NCBI GenBank assembly: GCA_021792255.1
Contig: JAJYUZ010000002.1
Coordinates: 1 to 64,000 of the forward strand
Source of the DNA: Thermoplasmata archaeon
GTDB lineage: Archaea; Thermoplasmatota; Thermoplasmata; Thermoplasmatales; GCA-001856825
DNA length: 64,000 nt
Direction: 5' to 3'
Positions 1 to 8,803 of the stretch are shown here, one piece after another; the stretch's first letter is position 1; each line of letters begins with the position of its first letter. A model generated the notes under the pieces. That model was not told the origin of the DNA. It worked only from the letters and a program-made list of their open reading frames with translations, and ran no database searches. A program made the position numbers and the translations under genes.

Positions 1-1140
1 AACCTCCCAGCTGTCTTGGGTCGCGAACATCCTTTAGTTTACACTTAACCATAACTTGGGGACCTTAACCTTCGTCTGAATTCTTCTCCTCTCGGGGATC
101 AAGCTTATCCCGATCCCCTAGCACCAGGTTTCTACGGCTCTGGCGGATTCGGAGTTTGTTAAGAGGGCCAACCCTTTCGGGTTAGCTTGCCCTATACATT
201 TCTCTACGCCACCAGACGCCTCCACCCAGGTCTACCTGCGGGTAGTCTCGAAGGGAACCCGCTATTACCGGCCTAGATTAGCCTTTAACCCCTAATCCCA
301 GGTCAACAGAACGATTTGCACATCAGAACCTGCTCGGTCCTCCACCCAGCTTTCGCTAGGCTTCAACCTGCCCAGGATTAGATCGACCGGCTTCGGGTCT
401 CCCACCAGCGACTTCACGCGAGCTCACGTCGCCCCTCCCTTTCGGTGCGGGCTTATTGCTTTCGCTTCGGCTCCTTCCTTATAGGAATTAACCTCGCCAC
501 TGATCAGAACTCCCTGGCCCGTTCTTCAACACGGACAGCAACACACTGATCAGTTAATAAAAACTTCATCTCTTTCATGCATTGCCAGTTAATAGCCACT
601 TGGTTTCAGGTCCTTTTCATCACCCTTTCGGGCTACTTTTCAGCTTTCCCTCGCGGTACTAGTTTGCTATCGGACTCGGGACATATTTAGGGTTGGATCT
701 TAGTGAGACCCGTATTCCCGCGCGAAAACCGACGCACGGTACTCTGGAAATTCAAGCTTATAACTCGGATAAATGTGTCCACGGGACTATCACCCTCTAA
801 GGTGTCTCTTTCCAGAAACTTGAACTTATTATCCAGGGCGTTAGCTTGACTCCAAACTCCACATCTTTCCTCTCTTTCGAGAGGCGATTCGGTTTGCCCT
901 TTGCCGCTTTCGGTCGCCCTTACTAACGGCATCCCTATTGGTTTCTTTTCCTCCCGGTACTAAGATGTTTCAATTCCCGGGGTTCCCTTTCTCTTTCGAG
1001 AATGTCTCTAACGAGACAGGAATTCCCATTCGACAATCTTCGGATCTAAGGCTCCTTGCGCCTCCCCGAAGCATATCGCAGCTTGGCACGGTCTTCATCG
1101 GTGCCCGAGCCGAGCCATCCATCAAGTGGCCTGCGTACTG
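1..1140 (-). rRNA. rrl: 23S rRNA, 5' portion (continues beyond the window start; 5' end approximate)
   Basis: Reverse complement contains archaeal LSU rRNA 5'-domain hallmarks: GGATGGCTCGGCTCGGGCACCGATGAAGACCGTGCCAAGCTGCGATA, GAATTGAAACATCTTAGTACC, CCGATAGCAAACTAGTACCGCGAGGGAAAGCTGAAAAG. Confidence 0.97.
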
Positions 1141-1263
1141 TAACAATCCATCTCTTTCTAACCCTTTGCTGACCTTCATTAATCCTAAAAAGGATTTCAG
1201 TCCTTCCCCTGCGACTATACATTCACAGGGTGCATAATGAGCAAAAGAACCATAGCAACACTG

Positions 1264-1280
1264 TGTATATATACATTTCT
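1264..1280 (-). promoter_or_regulatory. Putative TATA box of a dedicated 23S rRNA promoter
   Basis: TATATATA at 1266-1273, about 130 nt upstream of the 23S 5' end; no 16S or tRNA gene lies between it and the GINS gene. Confidence 0.55.
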
Positions 1281-1420
1281 TAATGCTTAATTCTGGCTAT
1301 TTTCCTAAGTCGCCAGAACTGTCGCTTTTTTCAACTTTCTTACATCAAACGAAAAATAATTTATCTCTCTGGAGAAAAATGTACCTATTTTCACTTAATT
1401 TGAAAGTTGGGAACTGGAAC

Positions 1421-2038
1421 TTAGGTCTCTTTGCCTTCTAGAATTTTGCCAAGTCCCTGTCGGATGATGACGTTCGCATATTTTGATGGAAGGGTCACTA
1501 TATCTTCCTTCCTCAGATTGACTGGTTTGCCCATTATCGAGATACCCTTTATTTCTTCTAGGATGTAGACTACTACCTTCTCGTTCTCTTCGTCTTCCTG
1601 AACACCATCTGGCTCCTTCTTCTCTTCAATCTCCTCCGCCTTTTCATTGACCGGCATGATGACCTCTCCTTGTTCCAGTTGCACCGAAAATTCAGCGACC
1701 GATTTGGCTATGTTTTCGAAGAAAATCTGTTCTTCCGGGGTCATCTTTCCTTCCAATTCCTCCTTTTCGTTGTTTGCTTTAGCCTTGAGGATCTTAGAGA
1801 CCCTTAATTCGATTATCTTCTTGAGGAATTTTTCTGAATCCTCAAGTTCATTGGTCAGTTTCCCTATCTGTCTAGAATTCTTCTTGACCGTTTCTGTCTC
1901 GATCTTTTCCTTTAGGCTCTCTAGATAATTCCTTGCTTCTTTATAGAATTGAATTGAAACTGGCTCCAAAGAATAATCGTTCTTGACCTCTAAGCGAAGA
2001 AGCGCGTTGAGGTAGTTTTCGTTGACCTCTCCCTTCAT
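1421..2038 (-). CDS. gins: DNA replication complex GINS family protein (Gins51-like)
   Basis: Helical A domain (LEPVSIQFYKEARNYL...IIELRVSKIL...MTPEEQIFF), acidic linker, and C-terminal beta B domain (VVVYILEEI...LRKEDIVTLPSKYANVIIRQG). Start placed at ATG 2038; 2071 is possible. Confidence 0.8.
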   Translation of the reverse strand: MKGEVNENYLNALLRLEVKNDYSLEPVSIQFYKEARNYLESLKEKIETETVKKNSRQIGKLTNELEDSEKFLKKIIELRVSKILKAKANNEKEELEGKMTPEEQIFFENIAKSVAEFSVQLEQGEVIMPVNEKAEEIEEKKEPDGVQEDEENEKVVVYILEEIKGISIMGKPVNLRKEDIVTLPSKYANVIIRQGLGKILEGKET

Positions 2039-2067
2039 CTCTTGTCCAATTACTTTATGGATAAATA

Positions 2068-4107
2068 TCATTTCTTTTCAAGCAATGTGGATATGAGTTC
2101 ACTAGTGACCTTGAATTCAATTGGCAATTCGCAATGCGATATCGGCGATCCGGTGATCTGGAAACACTCATGCCTTCCCTTGAAATCTCCCGTGTTCAGA
2201 GATATCCTTCCAACATAATGGACAGTTTGATCTCTTCCCACTTTCTCCTTGAGCAATGAGATTACTTCAGACCGATCGTATCCTTTCAGCGATTGACAAA
2301 ATTCTTCGAAGATGAAGAATACGCTCCCGCATTCTTTCATTGACGAAATGATCTTATCGATCTCTGATGAAAGATTCCTTGCCTTTTTCTCTGTCAGGAA
2401 TTCAAAGTTCCTGATATTGAATGTCCTTGGTTGGTTTCGGAATTTAATAGGTTCAACTGTCCCTCTCTCTTGCCCTGATGAATTTCTTATCACAAAGTCG
2501 AACGATTCGTGAGGGATATCGACGTCCATTCCAATAAATTCCTTCAACCTTATCTTATCAGTGTCCGTGAGTTTCATAAAGATATAATTTGAAACGTTCG
2601 AAAAGAGCAACGATTCCAGGTTATCAGCAATCGCCTTGAACGATGTTGTGAGGAAGAAAACTCTTAACCCAAATTTCCTCCCTGAGCTCAGCATGTCGGC
2701 GATCAGTTTGCTCTGATAATCTTGACCTTCTTCGAGGAATAGAAAGTAGCTGCCGTTTCTTACGGACGATATTGCAAACCAGACGTGGAGAGCAAAGATG
2801 TTTGAAAGCAGTCTCGAATCTTCATAACCCAGACTGCTTCTTTCCAAGTCTAGAATCAGCAGGTCTTTGTCTCGAATTGCGTTCGATAGGATACCGTCAT
2901 CTTGTGGATTACATATGAACGATCTTATCATTGGATCATTTACGAGCCTTCCAATTGCTCTCTCGGTGCTGGCTTTTTCTTCTCTCGACATTCCATCAAG
3001 TTCCTCTAAAAACTTCCTCAGTTCCTTACTATCAGATGTACTTGCAAGTTCTTCTCTTATCTTGGGTTCTCTTAAGACGTTGTAGAAATCCATTAGAGTC
3101 ATTCCGCTCGTATGAGCGAGAAAGAATATTCCTCTCGAGATGAGGTCCTCCATTCTAGGCCCCACCATGGCGTCCAAGTACTGAACCTCCCTCGATGATC
3201 TTAGAATTGATACGAAGTCCTCTGCAACCTTGTATGATAGCTCGTCTTCTGCTCGTCCTCCAATGACGTTTATGGAATTTGGTGAGTCTGGAGAGATGAC
3301 AAACTTCTTGAAATCAGACTCTTCCATCTCTTTTGCAGTGTCCCCATGTGGATCAATCAATATCACCTTCCCGAGTCTGTTTTTCAGGATGTGATTCATG
3401 ACTCCCACTATCATTGAGCTCTTGCCCGCACCCGATGATCCTGCGATTAAAGTGTGGGGATTCTTTCTCGTATCAATGAAGATGTCTCCTCTGCTAACCG
3501 TAGAGCCGATCCTTATGTCACCCTTGTCTAGAGAATGAAGGACGGTTGGGATAAACTGATGGACCTCCCACCATGCTATTACAGGGTTCGAGAATCCTAA
3601 CTTCCCTCTTCTTGCAATTACTTTAGGCGAAGAGAAGAGGTGACAGAGATAATTTCCCAAGTTATCATTTCTAAAGACTATGGATAGTTTCCATCCCTTC
3701 TTTTCCTTCGATCTTCTCGCGAACGCCTCATCTTCATTTGAACTTTTCTGTGTCGATCTGGACGGGAAGTAGTGCGGCTTAATTGAAAGGTTCAAGAATC
3801 CAGAATCCTCTTCATTGAGAAGTTCCAGAATTTTATCTGCATAATTTTCTTTCCCGAATTTGAGAAAACGCGAATCCCCACTTATAAAAATTTTCCTTCC
3901 CCTTTCTCCGAAATTAATGGAATCGGAAAACCTCCAGCCAGCTTTTAGCAGAAGGTCTTCGTTTCTCCTCCCAAAGTAGATGCCCGTTCTTTCTCCTTTT
4001 CTTTTTAGAAGCAAGAGCTCAATTTCTTTTCCACTTCCTACCCACGAAAGAAGAAACGGACTGGTTTCCTTTAGGGGGTTGATCGTTTCAACTTTTCGAT
4101 ATTCCAT
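2068..4107 (-). CDS. VirD4/TraD/HerA-like P-loop ATPase without an obvious TM segment
   Basis: NPHTLIAGSSGAGKS (Walker A), VILIDPHGD, LFLEEGQ (Walker B-like) and SGRKFGL (Arg finger region), typical of the FtsK-HerA/T4CP superfamily. Confidence 0.8.
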   Translation of the reverse strand: MEYRKVETINPLKETSPFLLSWVGSGKEIELLLLKRKGERTGIYFGRRNEDLLLKAGWRFSDSINFGERGRKIFISGDSRFLKFGKENYADKILELLNEEDSGFLNLSIKPHYFPSRSTQKSSNEDEAFARRSKEKKGWKLSIVFRNDNLGNYLCHLFSSPKVIARRGKLGFSNPVIAWWEVHQFIPTVLHSLDKGDIRIGSTVSRGDIFIDTRKNPHTLIAGSSGAGKSSMIVGVMNHILKNRLGKVILIDPHGDTAKEMEESDFKKFVISPDSPNSINVIGGRAEDELSYKVAEDFVSILRSSREVQYLDAMVGPRMEDLISRGIFFLAHTSGMTLMDFYNVLREPKIREELASTSDSKELRKFLEELDGMSREEKASTERAIGRLVNDPMIRSFICNPQDDGILSNAIRDKDLLILDLERSSLGYEDSRLLSNIFALHVWFAISSVRNGSYFLFLEEGQDYQSKLIADMLSSGRKFGLRVFFLTTSFKAIADNLESLLFSNVSNYIFMKLTDTDKIRLKEFIGMDVDIPHESFDFVIRNSSGQERGTVEPIKFRNQPRTFNIRNFEFLTEKKARNLSSEIDKIISSMKECGSVFFIFEEFCQSLKGYDRSEVISLLKEKVGRDQTVHYVGRISLNTGDFKGRHECFQITGSPISHCELPIEFKVTSELISTLLEKK

Positions 4108-5671
4108 CTATCCGTTCAATCTCCTCTCTGTTGGATTGAAATCTCAAAATGGTCGTAAAACCTGGGCTGAAGAAGAGTGCGGTGGAATATTTTCCATTAA
4201 ACCCAGCCCCCGTCTTTAGAAAATTTGACAACCCCTCATCAAGCGAGTAGAATTTCATCATCTCTTCCGTTACTATCTGGTGTCTGAATAGGATGTGAAT
4301 CGAACAGTTTTCCATTATTGCACTTGACGGCCCGTTTTTTAAGAAGTCATTTGCGGACTGTGAAATGAAAATAATAGAGACGTTGCTGTGCCTCGCATGC
4401 CTTATGTAGCGCTCCACTGGCGTTACAACGTTTTCTTGCATTAGGTAGTGAGCCTCATCGACCACCAGATTTACTGGGATTTCTTCCTCACTCCTCATTA
4501 ACAAATCCAGTGACAGAAGCATATAGAAAGAGAGGAGCTTCTTTGGAACATTTTTCAGATTTATTCTAAGGTCTCCTTTAAGAACAGGACTGTTCCCTGT
4601 ACAAAATTTCTTGAGCGATCCTTCAAAAATTGGAGATATCTTATTGTACGTATCTGACGAATTGGTTTTGACAAAGTTCCTGAGGAACTCTAAGTCCCCT
4701 TTAAGTTCGTACATTTTGGTGAGTCCTGTGTCCAGTATTCCACTGTCCTCATTATTCAAATCGAACAGCGTCAGCAGAAGGGCAAGTGCTCGGTCTACGT
4801 TCTCTTTTAAACTTAGAAAATCGACTCTTTGAAACATATTCATTTCGTGATTCAGAAGGTCTATGGATTGCATTCCAATTGACCTTGCAACCGTTCCATA
4901 CTCCCCTAGAGGATCAATGATTTTGAGACTCACATTTCTGGTAATCTTCTCTCTCAGCATGGTCGCCTTTACGAAGAAAGACTTTCCAAACCCAGTCATA
5001 CCCAATACGAGTTGGTGAGAGGACGGAAATACCGATCTATTAAGGAAGAGTGGGGCTTTAGAAATTTCACACAAGCCATAATACGTTCCTTTTTCATGAA
5101 ACAAGTAACCGTGAATAATTGGGATTAAATTAGAGACAGAACCTGGATCAAGGTAGACGCCATCTAACTGGCCCTCTATTATCTTGTTTCTGACCTTCGC
5201 GTCGCTGTACCTCTTGTTCTCTGCTTTGACACTTATTTTCTTCAAAAGCTTAAGCAACTCTGCCTTGGCTGGAATGATTTTAGAGGTCTCACCACGTAGA
5301 AAGTAGGCGCACGAAAATTTCATCAGTTTTGAAGCTCCAGAAGCCACTTCTTCTTTCAAGCTTTGTATGTTTTGCACGGTGAGCTTGTTGGATTCAACGT
5401 CCCTGTCATTGATCTTCTCGTTATCCAAGAGCCTGAGACTCCTTCTTCCAAATTCCCTCGTAATAATGTCCCAAGCAATCCTCTCATCGACTTGGTGAAT
5501 TCTCACTATCTGACCGATATTTTCGTTCTCAGCTACAAATTTGATCTTGAATTTTGAGTCTATTTGGAATGGAAAATCTCTCGCGAATAGGAAAGAATGG
5601 GCAGCGTTGTCCCCGATGTAGTACCATTCCTTCTGTATGACAGAACTTCGCTTCTCCTCAGATGAACTCAT
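4088..5671 (-). CDS. VirB4-like ATPase (CedB/TedB-like)
   Basis: HQLVLGMTGFGKS, IIDPLGEY, LVVDEAH, RHARHSNVSIIFISQSANDF and ENCSIHILF motifs of the VirB4 C-terminal domain. Confidence 0.85.
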   Translation of the reverse strand: MSSSEEKRSSVIQKEWYYIGDNAAHSFLFARDFPFQIDSKFKIKFVAENENIGQIVRIHQVDERIAWDIITREFGRRSLRLLDNEKINDRDVESNKLTVQNIQSLKEEVASGASKLMKFSCAYFLRGETSKIIPAKAELLKLLKKISVKAENKRYSDAKVRNKIIEGQLDGVYLDPGSVSNLIPIIHGYLFHEKGTYYGLCEISKAPLFLNRSVFPSSHQLVLGMTGFGKSFFVKATMLREKITRNVSLKIIDPLGEYGTVARSIGMQSIDLLNHEMNMFQRVDFLSLKENVDRALALLLTLFDLNNEDSGILDTGLTKMYELKGDLEFLRNFVKTNSSDTYNKISPIFEGSLKKFCTGNSPVLKGDLRINLKNVPKKLLSFYMLLSLDLLMRSEEEIPVNLVVDEAHYLMQENVVTPVERYIRHARHSNVSIIFISQSANDFLKNGPSSAIMENCSIHILFRHQIVTEEMMKFYSLDEGLSNFLKTGAGFNGKYSTALFFSPGFTTILRFQSNREEIERIDGISKS

Positions 5672-6242
5672 TTAAAACCTCTACTTCTTCGTCGCTCAAT
5701 CTTGTGAAGGCAACCCCGTGGTTTCGGAGAGTGTTTTCGAACTCCTCAGTCTTGGTCTTGTTAATCTTTATGAAGTAAGCATCAGCATAGCAGTCCAATT
5801 GAGAAAACAATGCATCGTATTCCTTTACCCCCATCTGAAACCTCTGAAGAGGTATCTTGTAAGGATGCCTTAGTATAGTCAAGTCTTCGGAGAATGCACC
5901 TACTATAGAGGTCCAAGTACTCAATATGCTACCGTCTTGTCGTTCGGACAGCCCGTAGTTCGTTCCAAAGATTTCATAAGATGCGTCCTTCTTTGTGATT
6001 AAAGGAACAAGAGTTGGCACTGTGATTCCTCTTACTTTCTTTATTATGAATTCATCAACGTAATCGTACTGAATTCTTAACAAGAACATTGGCAACAACG
6101 CGAGAGAAATAAGGCCATATAGACCAAAGAAGAAGATTGCAAGCAAAATGGCAAACCCGACCAAAATCGACCTGTAAAGAATTGAACCTTCCAACGAGCC
6201 GACTCTCAACGAGGAGGTCTGAAATTTGGTCATCCTGACCAT
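5658..6242 (-). CDS. Small membrane protein, VirB3/PrgI-like position (2 N-terminal TMs plus soluble domain)
   Basis: Hydrophobic hairpin ILVGFAILLAIFFFGLYGLISLALLPMFLL; overlaps the VirB4-like start by 14 nt. The family call rests mainly on position. Confidence 0.5.
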   Translation of the reverse strand: MVRMTKFQTSSLRVGSLEGSILYRSILVGFAILLAIFFFGLYGLISLALLPMFLLRIQYDYVDEFIIKKVRGITVPTLVPLITKKDASYEIFGTNYGLSERQDGSILSTWTSIVGAFSEDLTILRHPYKIPLQRFQMGVKEYDALFSQLDCYADAYFIKINKTKTEEFENTLRNHGVAFTRLSDEEVEVLNEFI

Positions 6243-6245
6243 CGA

Positions 6246-7277
6246 CTATTTCACCTTGAAGAACAGGGAAGAATTGTTATTGCTACCAGAACTCAATGGA
6301 CTGAACTGTCTGATAGAGCCTATTTGTGGTGCACTATTTGCTCCTCCTGCCTTACCCGGTATGGAAAAAGACTCGACTATAATTTTGGCCCCTTTCACGT
6401 TTTTGCTTAATTGATTTATGGAAGAATTAAAACCTCTGCCCGCCGATTTTCCCAAGAAGTTGGTTGCACTCCTTGAGGACTGACTGATGGCAAGCATAGT
6501 GGGTAAAGCATCTGCAAGCGCCAGGAATCCAAGGACAAGGACGCTATCGTTACTGACATACGTTGACAGGATCAGGGGGATCGCAATTAAAATAGGTGCA
6601 ATTAAAGAATCCAAGAATATGAACCAGATTCTTTCTGCCAATTCTTTCGTCTGGGGGATTATCAAGAGGAGAGTAAAAATTGGTGCAAGTATAGGGAATG
6701 TGTAAATGATCGCAACTCTCATTGAAAGGAACAGCAGCAGGTAAAGCATCAAGAAAACGAATATTACTGTGATTAGCAGACTGACAATTGACCCAGATGA
6801 ACCGCCAATTTCGAGTCCGGCAAGGACGTTTCCTCCAGAGGAAAAATTGTGAGTTGGAATACCATAGTTCCAGAGCTGAGCATAAATTGCCGAACCAATA
6901 TACAGAAAGTCTTGGAAGAGAAAGAAGGAGATATTTGACATAATAAGTAGGAGCAGAACTTTGATCCAGATGTTCCTAAAATTAAAGCCCAGCTGAAGGC
7001 TGCTGTTTAGGAGAATCATTATTCCAAGTACTATGAGTAATATTGTAAGAGCAGGATCGTAGAGGTTGAACATGACAAAGTAGTACAGCGATTTCACTCC
7101 TTCTCCTGTGGTTCCGCTTATTATGTTTGGAAAGGCAAATGCTGGAGCAAGGAGATACTTGGAGATGAAGTCGTCGTAAAGCGATACCAATACGGGCTTA
7201 CCTACAAGTACAATGACCGAAACTATGTAGCTTATCACCTTTAGTATTGCAACTACTATTATCGAAACGAAATTCAT
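6246..7277 (-). CDS. VirB6/CedA-like polytopic membrane protein
   Basis: About 6-7 hydrophobic segments, an RVAIIYTFPILAPI segment resembling the VirB6/TrbL core, and a low-complexity Ser/Gly/Asn C-terminal tail; lies between the pilin and VirB4-like genes. Confidence 0.65.
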   Translation of the reverse strand: MNFVSIIVVAILKVISYIVSVIVLVGKPVLVSLYDDFISKYLLAPAFAFPNIISGTTGEGVKSLYYFVMFNLYDPALTILLIVLGIMILLNSSLQLGFNFRNIWIKVLLLLIMSNISFFLFQDFLYIGSAIYAQLWNYGIPTHNFSSGGNVLAGLEIGGSSGSIVSLLITVIFVFLMLYLLLFLSMRVAIIYTFPILAPIFTLLLIIPQTKELAERIWFIFLDSLIAPILIAIPLILSTYVSNDSVLVLGFLALADALPTMLAISQSSRSATNFLGKSAGRGFNSSINQLSKNVKGAKIIVESFSIPGKAGGANSAPQIGSIRQFSPLSSGSNNNSSLFFKVK

Positions 7278-7291
7278 GGCGCCTTCTCAGA

Positions 7292-7636
7292 TCAGCCTGC
7301 TACGATGTAGTGAATTACCGCATACAATACTCCACTGACAGCCATTACGAAAATTACTGTTCCGATGAGCGCATCTTTAGTCCTCTCTTTGGCATCGGCC
7401 TTTCTATCCATATCTTTTGAAAAGTAACCTATCGCAATAGGCACCCAGAGTATGGCTATAATCAATCCCGTCACACCTGCGATTATACCAAATGCTCTTT
7501 GCACTATTTCGTTGATTTGGGTTGCGTTGCTTGTCGTTTGCGGCGGTAAGATCTGATTTGTTGGTGCTCCGTGGACAAAAACCATAGGAATCACCGAGAC
7601 AATGGCTATGGCCATCACAAATACAAATAGTTTCAT
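7292..7636 (-). CDS. VirB2/TrbC-like pilin (CedA1/TedC-like)
   Basis: Signal peptide (MKLFVFVMAIAIVSVIPMVFVHG-A), then two TM helices split by a charged loop SKDMDRKADAKERTKDA. SD-like GGGAGGGG precedes ATG 7636. Confidence 0.7.
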   Translation of the reverse strand: MKLFVFVMAIAIVSVIPMVFVHGAPTNQILPPQTTSNATQINEIVQRAFGIIAGVTGLIIAILWVPIAIGYFSKDMDRKADAKERTKDALIGTVIFVMAVSGVLYAVIHYIVAG

Positions 7637-7665
7637 TTTCCCCTCCCATGCTTGCAACATTAGCG

Positions 7666-7674
7666 TTTATTAAA
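7666..7674 (-). promoter_or_regulatory. Putative TATA box of the T4SS-like operon
   Basis: TTTAATAAA on the minus strand, about 30 nt upstream of the pilin ATG, preceded by an A-rich BRE-like stretch. Confidence 0.45.
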
Positions 7675-7820
7675 TGTTTTTCATTATGATAGTTGGTTAG
7701 GAAATCTCTTTGCCGCACTTGAAGGGCCTAGCTGGATTCTCCGTTCGTAATGATCTCAATTTAATAGAAGGATACAAATTTGAGCAACAAGAATAATAAT
7801 TTGTGTATTATTAGATATAT

Positions 7821-8009
7821 ATGGAAGAGCAGTGTGACGTGGCAGGTTGTTCAAACCTTAAAGTCAGGACTATAGGTAGGAAATCTGTTGAGAAGATATT
7901 CACTTTGAATTCCAAAGGAACGAAAGCCCACCTCTGCAGAGAGCATTACAAACAATATAAGAAAGCAACAAAGAAAGATAGGGAGATAGACAGACTCAAT
8001 TGGGTCTGA
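7821..8009 (+). CDS. Small putative Zn-binding protein
   Basis: CDVAGC...HLCREHY (C-x4-C...C-x2-H) with a basic C-terminal helix; first gene of the topo VI-containing run. Confidence 0.65.
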   Translation: MEEQCDVAGCSNLKVRTIGRKSVEKIFTLNSKGTKAHLCREHYKQYKKATKKDREIDRLNWV

Positions 8010-8032
8010 ATACCATACTGAGGAGAATTAGC

Positions 8033-8803
8033 ATGCAAGATTTCTATGAATTTAGGGAAAAGGGGAACCTCACTTTTGCCCTAATATTGATCGAACTCTT
8101 GAAGGGGAAGAGAAAGCTGAGGGAGATATCAGAAGATCTACAGATAACTCCCCAGGGTGCTTCTATATATCTAAAAAAACTGCAGAAGCATGGATACGTG
8201 AACTCTGAGAACAGTCCGACTCCGGAAGGTGTGGCGTTCCTGCAGCAGATATTAGCTACAATTTCATTGTTTGTGGAAGACGCTTATGAGGATACTGGAA
8301 TTATCTCATCTTGCGAGGCAACAGCGGCAGAGGACTTAAGAAAAGGCGACAGAGTGAGCCTTTCGATGTTCAAGGGATCTCTCTATGCTTCAAAGAAAAT
8401 GAAAAAGGGCTCTAGCGGTGTGGTCGACATCAAAGCGAAGATGGGAGACCCCGTAAGAATATCAAAGATAGAGGGGATAATAGATCACAAAGTTGGAAAG
8501 TTCTACGTTATTTCAATAGACTTCAACGATTTCTCTACCAGAAAATTCGAGAAATTTAAAGGAATTCTGAAGGACAACAAGGTAGAATATGTAGGAGCAT
8601 ACGGTGTCCTTGCTTCTCAAATGTGCAAGCGGGCAAATGTGAGAGCGAGCACTTATGCACCCTTAGAGGGATGCATCGAGGCATCTGCAAAGGGCATCAA
8701 CAGCCTTCTCATTTATTCTCCAGAAATGGCTCGCTTCTTCTTCCAGAAACTTTCTGCAAACATACATAAGTACAGAACCAATCCCAAATTTGTAGAGATA
8801 TGA
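8033..8803 (+). CDS. Winged-HTH transcriptional regulator (archaeal COG1497-like)
   Basis: N-terminal wHTH (LREISEDLQITPQGASIYLKKLQKHGYV), then AEDLRKGDRVSLSMFKGSLYA and IEASAKGI segments. Start could be 8000. Confidence 0.7.
   Translation: MQDFYEFREKGNLTFALILIELLKGKRKLREISEDLQITPQGASIYLKKLQKHGYVNSENSPTPEGVAFLQQILATISLFVEDAYEDTGIISSCEATAAEDLRKGDRVSLSMFKGSLYASKKMKKGSSGVVDIKAKMGDPVRISKIEGIIDHKVGKFYVISIDFNDFSTRKFEKFKGILKDNKVEYVGAYGVLASQMCKRANVRASTYAPLEGCIEASAKGINSLLIYSPEMARFFFQKLSANIHKYRTNPKFVEI

Noticed and set aside
687-1237. Three ORFs (687-932, 938-1237, 970-1179)
   Set aside because: They overlap the 23S rRNA gene and its leader and are spurious translations.
2068-7660. Interpretation as an active integrative conjugative element or provirus
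   Set aside because: No integrase, relaxase, Rep, capsid gene or flanking direct repeats were seen, and both sides are core genes. A relaxase elsewhere in the genome cannot be excluded from this window.
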